Positions 58,952 through 64,000 of a stretch of 64,000 nt of DNA are shown piece after piece. Within the stretch, counting starts at the first letter, position 1, and each line of letters starts with the position of its first letter. The notes beneath the pieces are model-generated. The model worked only from the letters and a program-made list of their open reading frames with translations. It made no database searches and was not told the origin of the DNA. The position numbers were made by a program, and so were the translations under genes. The stretch comes from an uncultured Pseudomonadota bacterium (GTDB taxonomy: Bacteria > Pseudomonadota > Gammaproteobacteria > Burkholderiales > SG8-39), in the NCBI GenBank assembly GCA_903834835.1, contig CAILKO010000043.1, positions 103,787 to 167,786 on the forward strand, written 5' to 3'.

Positions 58952-59196
58952 CCGGAGCCTGACTGGGAATGGAGACGAAGAACTCAACTCTTCGCCGGCC
59001 TATTGAAACTATGCGGACCGCCTCTGCCATTCAGTTGGATGAGGGGTTGAGGCTGGTCCGCGGTGTTTCACTTGAGAACCCGGTCGGGGTCGACCGGGCT
59101 CAACCTTGATTTCATTCTACCGACCTTCGCTAGTCGGGTTGGACTGAGTTTCAAAAAAGCGCGTGCTATGTTGCGTTGCGGCATAAATTTCAAATA

Positions 59197-59225
59197 TTGA
59201 CAAAATACATAATATTCAATAGCAT
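59197..59225 (+). promoter_or_regulatory. Sigma70 promoter
   Basis: TTGACA-17 bp-TAGCAT in an AT-rich patch, about 200 bp upstream of the SLT gene. Confidence 0.7.
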
Positions 59226-59426
59226 AACTACATTCAAGCCACGTGCTCAGAGTGGTTATTCTTGATGTCTCGTGTAATCCTAGCCGCTGCCTAGGTCACG
59301 TGTGAACCGGGGTGTTGATGCCCCGACAGTCCCAGGTTTGAATCGAAACGTGCGCCGCGCGAGTGTGTGAACCTGGCTGAGTCCGGATAGCAGAGGAGCT
59401 TCCGGCACGCTCTGAAAGGAGATGAA

Positions 59427-60086
59427 ATGCCAAACATGGAAAGGCTACGTGCGACTTGGGGCGGACGCTTGCGCGTCTTCTATCTGGGCCTCGCATGCAT
59501 TGCTGCGTTCCTCGCGAGTGTCCAGGCAATTGATGCGGGGCGCATGTTTGAACGCAGGTCGATACCGCGTGTTGTTGAGGTCGGTCCGGAGGAGACGAGT
59601 TCGCACATGCCCGCCGAGCAGCGTGCCGTGGTGGAGTTCATTTCCAAGCGCTACCGCGTGGCGGAAGCACCGCTATCCGAATTTGTTGCCGTGGCGTTTA
59701 GATCAGGGCGAGAGATGGCGCTGGACCCTCTGCTGATTCTGGCGGTGATCGCCGTGGAGTCACGCTTCAATCCCGTGGCGCAGAGCGAGTTCGGTGCGCA
59801 GGGGCTGATGCAGGTGATTCCGAGATTTCACGCCGATAAGCTTCAGGCCGTGCGCTCCCAGGCCGGACTCCTCGACCCCGAGGTGAATATCCAGGTGGGC
59901 GCGTCCATACTGCGCGAGTACATGAAGCGGTTCGGCGAGGTGGAAGATGCCCTTCAGATGTACGGCGGCGCCTTCGACGAGCCGACATCGATCTACGCAG
60001 GCAGAGTGCTCGCAGAGCGCAATCGCTTGGACCAGGTGCTGCAACGGGCGCGCAAACTGGCGAAGCAGCCCTCGCAGATGTCCTAA
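59427..60086 (+). CDS. SLT-domain lytic transglycosylase
   Basis: ILAVIAVESRFNP, GAQGLMQV, NIQVGASIL. Confidence 0.88.
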   Translation: MPNMERLRATWGGRLRVFYLGLACIAAFLASVQAIDAGRMFERRSIPRVVEVGPEETSSHMPAEQRAVVEFISKRYRVAEAPLSEFVAVAFRSGREMALDPLLILAVIAVESRFNPVAQSEFGAQGLMQVIPRFHADKLQAVRSQAGLLDPEVNIQVGASILREYMKRFGEVEDALQMYGGAFDEPTSIYAGRVLAERNRLDQVLQRARKLAKQPSQMS

Positions 60087-61276
60087 CGCAGCTTTTCGAC
60101 GAATTTCTTCGTTCGCTCTACGCCTTCCTCCAGTTCGGACAGTGGGCGCGTGTAGGAAAATCTGACCCAATGCTTGGTGCCCTGGTCTCCGAAGTCGAGA
60201 CCGGGTGTCGCTGCGACCGCTTCCTCGTCCAGCAGACGCATGCAGAACGTACTGCTGTCCAGTCCGAAGGCTGAGCAGTCTGCATAGACATAGAAGGCGC
60301 CATTGGGTTCGGCGGGAATCCCGAAACCGAGCCCACGCAGGCTGGCGACCAGAAAGTCGCGCCGCAGGCCGAATTCAATCCGACGCTTTTCGAATATCGC
60401 GAGGGACTCGGGATCGAAGGCGGCAAGGGCCGCATATTGCGACGGAGTGGGCGGGCAAATAAAGAGATGCTGCGCCAGGCGTTCGAAGAGCGGCATCCTT
60501 TCTTCTGGTAGGACGGCCCAGCCCAGCCGCCAGCCAGTCATACAGAAGTACTTCGAGAAGCTGTTGACCAGGATGGTCTCGCCGGGCAGTCCGAATGCGG
60601 TCGTTGGCGGACTGTCATACACTAGATTCTGGTAGATCTCGTCCACGATCAAAACGCCCCCGCGACGTTCGATCAGCCCGGCGATGTCTCGCAGACTATC
60701 CTCGGGAATCAACGTGCCGCCCGGGTTCGATGGGCTTCCCAACACCAGTCCCGCGGTCTGTCGGCCCCAAGCGGCATCCACATCCCCGGCGGTCGGCTGG
60801 AAGGCGTGTTCCGCAGCGACGGGAAGTGCGCGCGGTTGCGCTTCGAGCAGGCGTACGAGGTGGCGGTAACCCGGGTATCCTGGATCAGGCACGAGGATGT
60901 CGCGGCCGGGTTCGGCGTAGAGCGCGATAGCAAGCAGCAGCGCTCCCGATGCACCGGAAGTCACCGCGATGCGGCTGGCGGGAACATTCTTCCCGAGGTG
61001 ATCCTGGTAGTGCCGGGCGATCGCCTCGCGCAATGCCGGCAGCCCAAGGGAACTCGTGTAGGTTGTATCGCCCGCCCGCAGCGCGCGGACGCCCGCCTCG
61101 ACGACGAGCGGGGCTGCGCTGAAATCGGGTTCGCCGATCTCCATATGAACAACTCGCCGCCCGGACTGCTCGATTGCATGGGCGCGAGCCAGCACCTGCA
61201 TGACATGAAACGGATGAATTTCGCTCATCCGGCGCGCAGCCGGAATGGAAGGGTATCGAGCGGCGTGGTCTTTCAT
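60083..61276 (-). CDS. PLP-dependent class I/II aminotransferase
   Basis: HMEIGEPDF, SPSNPGG, VDEIY, SFSKYFCMTGWRLG. Confidence 0.93.
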   Translation of the reverse strand: MKDHAARYPSIPAARRMSEIHPFHVMQVLARAHAIEQSGRRVVHMEIGEPDFSAAPLVVEAGVRALRAGDTTYTSSLGLPALREAIARHYQDHLGKNVPASRIAVTSGASGALLLAIALYAEPGRDILVPDPGYPGYRHLVRLLEAQPRALPVAAEHAFQPTAGDVDAAWGRQTAGLVLGSPSNPGGTLIPEDSLRDIAGLIERRGGVLIVDEIYQNLVYDSPPTTAFGLPGETILVNSFSKYFCMTGWRLGWAVLPEERMPLFERLAQHLFICPPTPSQYAALAAFDPESLAIFEKRRIEFGLRRDFLVASLRGLGFGIPAEPNGAFYVYADCSAFGLDSSTFCMRLLDEEAVAATPGLDFGDQGTKHWVRFSYTRPLSELEEGVERTKKFVEKLR

Positions 61277-61555
61277 GGGGGCGGAGGGGGGAAAGCTAGC
61301 ATCGGACCCTGACGGGAAGACAGGCCTGTCTCGGGAGATGAGGAGTTGGACTGAATTGAGTGGACTTGCCGGGCAGGGAGCTCGGATATACTTTTCCGAG
61401 TACTGCTGCGCATGGCCTGCACCGGCAATGGCGACCGTATTCGTTGACGCTTGCCCGATAGTAACCGATGGCGGCGTCCCGCGCTGGGTCGTGTTTCATC
61501 GCTACAGTGGTGACCGACTCGTTGCCCCGCGATCTCACGTACCTCTTGGAATGCC

Positions 61556-61963
61556 ATGCCCGAACACGAAGATCCTTTCGAATCCATCAGGAAAATCTGG
61601 AGCGCCATGGGTGTCCCGACTCCGGGAATGCCCATGCCGACTCTCGATCCAGCGGAAATAGAGAAGCGCCTTGGCGAACTGCGATCAGTCGAGACCTGGC
61701 TTACGCTGAACCTGAACATGCTGCGCATGACGATCCAGGGAATGGAACTGCAGCTCTCGGGCGTCAAGGCGATGAATGCCATGCCTGGCGGAATGGGCGC
61801 CGCGATGAAGTCCGCGCCTGGCCCCGCAGCGCAGGCCGCGGACGCCGGAGCCGGGATGATGAACTGGCCGTGGACTGCGATGCAGCAGTTCATGACTCCT
61901 TCCAGCTTTACGGGTACGCCACCCGGTGGCGCAACGCCGGACGACAAGAACGAGAGCAAGTGA
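61556..61963 (+). CDS. PhaM-like PHA-granule/nucleoid-associated protein
   Basis: PTLDPAEIEKRLGELRSVETWLTLNLNML..TIQGMELQ resembles the PhaM N-terminal domain. Confidence 0.7.
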   Translation: MPEHEDPFESIRKIWSAMGVPTPGMPMPTLDPAEIEKRLGELRSVETWLTLNLNMLRMTIQGMELQLSGVKAMNAMPGGMGAAMKSAPGPAAQAADAGAGMMNWPWTAMQQFMTPSSFTGTPPGGATPDDKNESK

Positions 61964-61988
61964 GCAGGACTATGGGAGATGACAGGCG

Positions 61989-62960
61989 ATGATGAAGGCA
62001 ATACGGATGCACCAGCACGGTGGTCCCGAGGTCCTCAGTTACGAGGATGTCGAGATCCCCGCGCCGCAAGCTGGAGAAGTTCTGGTCAGGCACGCCGCGA
62101 TAGGCGTCAACTACATCGACACTTACCATCGAGCGGGAGCGTATCCGGTTCCGCTACCGTCCGGGCTGGGTTGTGAAGCGGCAGGGACGGTCGAGGCGGT
62201 TGGTGCCGCTGTAACCGGCCTTGAACCGGGAGACCGGGTCGCCTATGCGGTGCCGATGCCGGGATCCTATGCGCTGATGCGTGCGCTGCCGGCCGATCGC
62301 CTGGTGAAGATCCCGGATGGCATCGCCTTCGACACTGCCGCATCGATGATGCTGAAGGGGCTGACTGCACAATTTCTGTTCCATCGCACCTACGCGGTTC
62401 AAGCAGGTGACACGGTGTTGTTGCACGCTGCGGCAGGAGGGGTCGGGCTAATAGCGTGCCAGTGGCTGAATGCGCTCGGTGTCACGGTCATCGGCACGGT
62501 CGGCTCAGACGAAAAAGCGGCGCTTGCGCGTGCGCACGGCTGCCATCACACGATCGTGTATACGCGCGAGAACTTCGTGGATCGCGTAAAAGAGATTACC
62601 GGCGGCGAGGGCGTTCCCGTCGTGTACGACTCGGTCGGAAAGGATACCTTCGACGGATCCATTCAGTGCCTTCGGCAACGAGGAATGATGGTGCTGTTCG
62701 GGGCATCATCCGGGCCCGTGGCGCAGGTAAGCGTCGCCTCGCTTCAGAAGGGATCGCATTTTTTCACGCGCCCGGGCCTCTTCCACTATATTGCCTCGCG
62801 CGAAGATCTCGAGACGGGCGCACGTGCGCTGTTCGACATGGTTGGAAAGGGAAAGATCCGGATCGATGTCTCGGGACGCTACGCGCTTGCAGAAGCGGCG
62901 CAAAGCCATCGTGACCTCGCGGCTCGCAAGACGACCGGTTCGCTGTTGCTCCTGCCCTGA
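61989..62960 (+). CDS. qor: NADPH:quinone oxidoreductase
   Basis: GVNYIDTY, LHAAAGGVG, YDSVGKDTF, RKTTGS. Confidence 0.92.
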   Translation: MMKAIRMHQHGGPEVLSYEDVEIPAPQAGEVLVRHAAIGVNYIDTYHRAGAYPVPLPSGLGCEAAGTVEAVGAAVTGLEPGDRVAYAVPMPGSYALMRALPADRLVKIPDGIAFDTAASMMLKGLTAQFLFHRTYAVQAGDTVLLHAAAGGVGLIACQWLNALGVTVIGTVGSDEKAALARAHGCHHTIVYTRENFVDRVKEITGGEGVPVVYDSVGKDTFDGSIQCLRQRGMMVLFGASSGPVAQVSVASLQKGSHFFTRPGLFHYIASREDLETGARALFDMVGKGKIRIDVSGRYALAEAAQSHRDLAARKTTGSLLLLP

Positions 62961-63547
62961 TGCGGCTCACACCGGTCGAGATCCGGCGGCTCCTCGGCAG
63001 GGAACTGGACACCCCGCCCTATGCGGGGCGGGACGACCTGGCCATACCCGCCGATAAGCGGGCCGCGGTGCTGATTCCGATCGTCGACTACTCGGGCGGT
63101 CAGTGTTTGCTCTTCACGAGGCGTACGGCGCACCTCAGGCACCATTCCGGGCAGGTGGCATTCCCGGGGGGCAGGGTGGAGGAGCACGACCGTACGCCCG
63201 AGGAGACAGCTTTGCGCGAATCGTTGGAAGAGGTCGGCCTCGAACCCGCGCGCGTACAGGTAATCGGCAGGCTGGACGATCTGCATGCCAGTGTGAGCGG
63301 TTTTCGCATCACCCCGGTCATCGGCTTCGTCGACGGACCCGTCGAACTCAAGCCCGATCCGAACGAGGTAGCCGAGGTGTTCGAGGTACCTTTTCGGTTC
63401 CTGATGGACTCCGCCAATCACGCCCAGGAAACCCGGCAAACCGATCGTGGCACCCGGATCGTCAATGTCATCCAGTACGGTTCGCACCGCATCTGGGGGG
63501 CCACTGCATCGATCGTGCTGGAGTTACGCCGACGGCTGACAGGCTGA
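62960..63547 (+). CDS. CoA pyrophosphatase (NudL-like Nudix)
   Basis: AAVLIP, HSGQVAFPGG, ALRESLEEVG, IWGATA. Confidence 0.92.
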   Translation: MRLTPVEIRRLLGRELDTPPYAGRDDLAIPADKRAAVLIPIVDYSGGQCLLFTRRTAHLRHHSGQVAFPGGRVEEHDRTPEETALRESLEEVGLEPARVQVIGRLDDLHASVSGFRITPVIGFVDGPVELKPDPNEVAEVFEVPFRFLMDSANHAQETRQTDRGTRIVNVIQYGSHRIWGATASIVLELRRRLTG

Positions 63548-63560
63548 TCCGGGTTCCGCG

Positions 63561-64000
63561 CTAGGGGCGCCGCCTGTCCAGACGCGCGAAATTCTGCAGT
63601 GAATGAAGATGGGCGTAGATCCTGCTCATGTATCCCTTTGCGACCATCACCTTGTGATTTGCTGCCTGAAGATCGCCGAGGCGGCTCTCGCTGATCCGGT
63701 ACATCCCCCCCAGGCTTAGCTGCTCTTGCTGCTCGCGTATCACCTGCATGGTGAACGGTTCGAACAGACCCAGGCGTCCGAGGGCTGCGCACATCTCGTT
63801 CGTGAGATCGAGGTCTTTTTCGAACTCGGCGAGTAGCCGTTCAATGGAGCGCCAGCGCTCGCTTGGCTCTCCGTGTTCGTCGAACAGGGACACTCCCGCA
63901 GCGTCCAGATAGGATTTTGCGACGCAGACTACCCGCTCGCTTTCAGGCTGCCCGTCACGATAAAGCTTGGAAATGCAGAACGGATAGCGCCGCACGAATG
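63561..64000 (-). CDS. SapC-like protein, C-terminal part (runs off the window)
   Basis: FVRRYPFC...LFDEHGEPS...LGLFEPF...IYAHLHSLQNF. Confidence 0.75.
   Translation of the reverse strand, partial: FVRRYPFCISKLYRDGQPESERVVCVAKSYLDAAGVSLFDEHGEPSERWRSIERLLAEFEKDLDLTNEMCAALGRLGLFEPFTMQVIREQQEQLSLGGMYRISESRLGDLQAANHKVMVAKGYMSRIYAHLHSLQNFARLDRRRP

Noticed and set aside
61458..61465. Half-site ATAGTAAC of the repeated palindrome
   Set aside because: No second arm; could be chance.
61296..61538. 80-aa Cys-containing minus-strand ORF
   Set aside because: No RBS or recognisable domain; lies in a divergent promoter region.

Overview
High-GC betaproteobacterial (Burkholderiales-like) chromosomal window. 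From left to right it holds: (1) part of a Tad/Flp pilus locus on the minus strand; (2) two tandem xanthine-oxidase-family Mo large subunits with no partner subunits nearby; (3) thrS-infC-rpmI-rplT-pheST-ihfA-merR-tRNA-Pro(GGG), with a candidate Thr leader-peptide attenuator ahead of thrS; (4) an accessory block of about 16 kb (18.5-34.6 kb) with two adenylate-forming enzymes, a BenD-like SDR, twin cupins, an amidohydrolase, a CDO-like cupin, a permease and an Lrp/ilvB-like/bkdA1A2B unit; (5) core genes surE-pcm-nlpD (no rpoS follows), mltB/tgpA/DUF58/SLT/proS, rppH, proB-obgE-rpmA-rplU, ispB, tRNA-Pro(CGG), pilSR-ampD, nrdAB with tandem NrdR boxes, an H1-like protein, SLT, aminotransferase, PhaM-like, qor, Nudix and SapC-like. 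The most striking unexplained signal is a 22-bp AT-rich palindrome, ATRGTAAC-RAATAY-GTTACTA, found three times in the same orientation: once at each edge of the accessory block and once inside it. One copy lies between convergent genes. I saw no CRISPR array, integrase or transposase. All calls come from reading motifs and synteny by eye; no searches were run.
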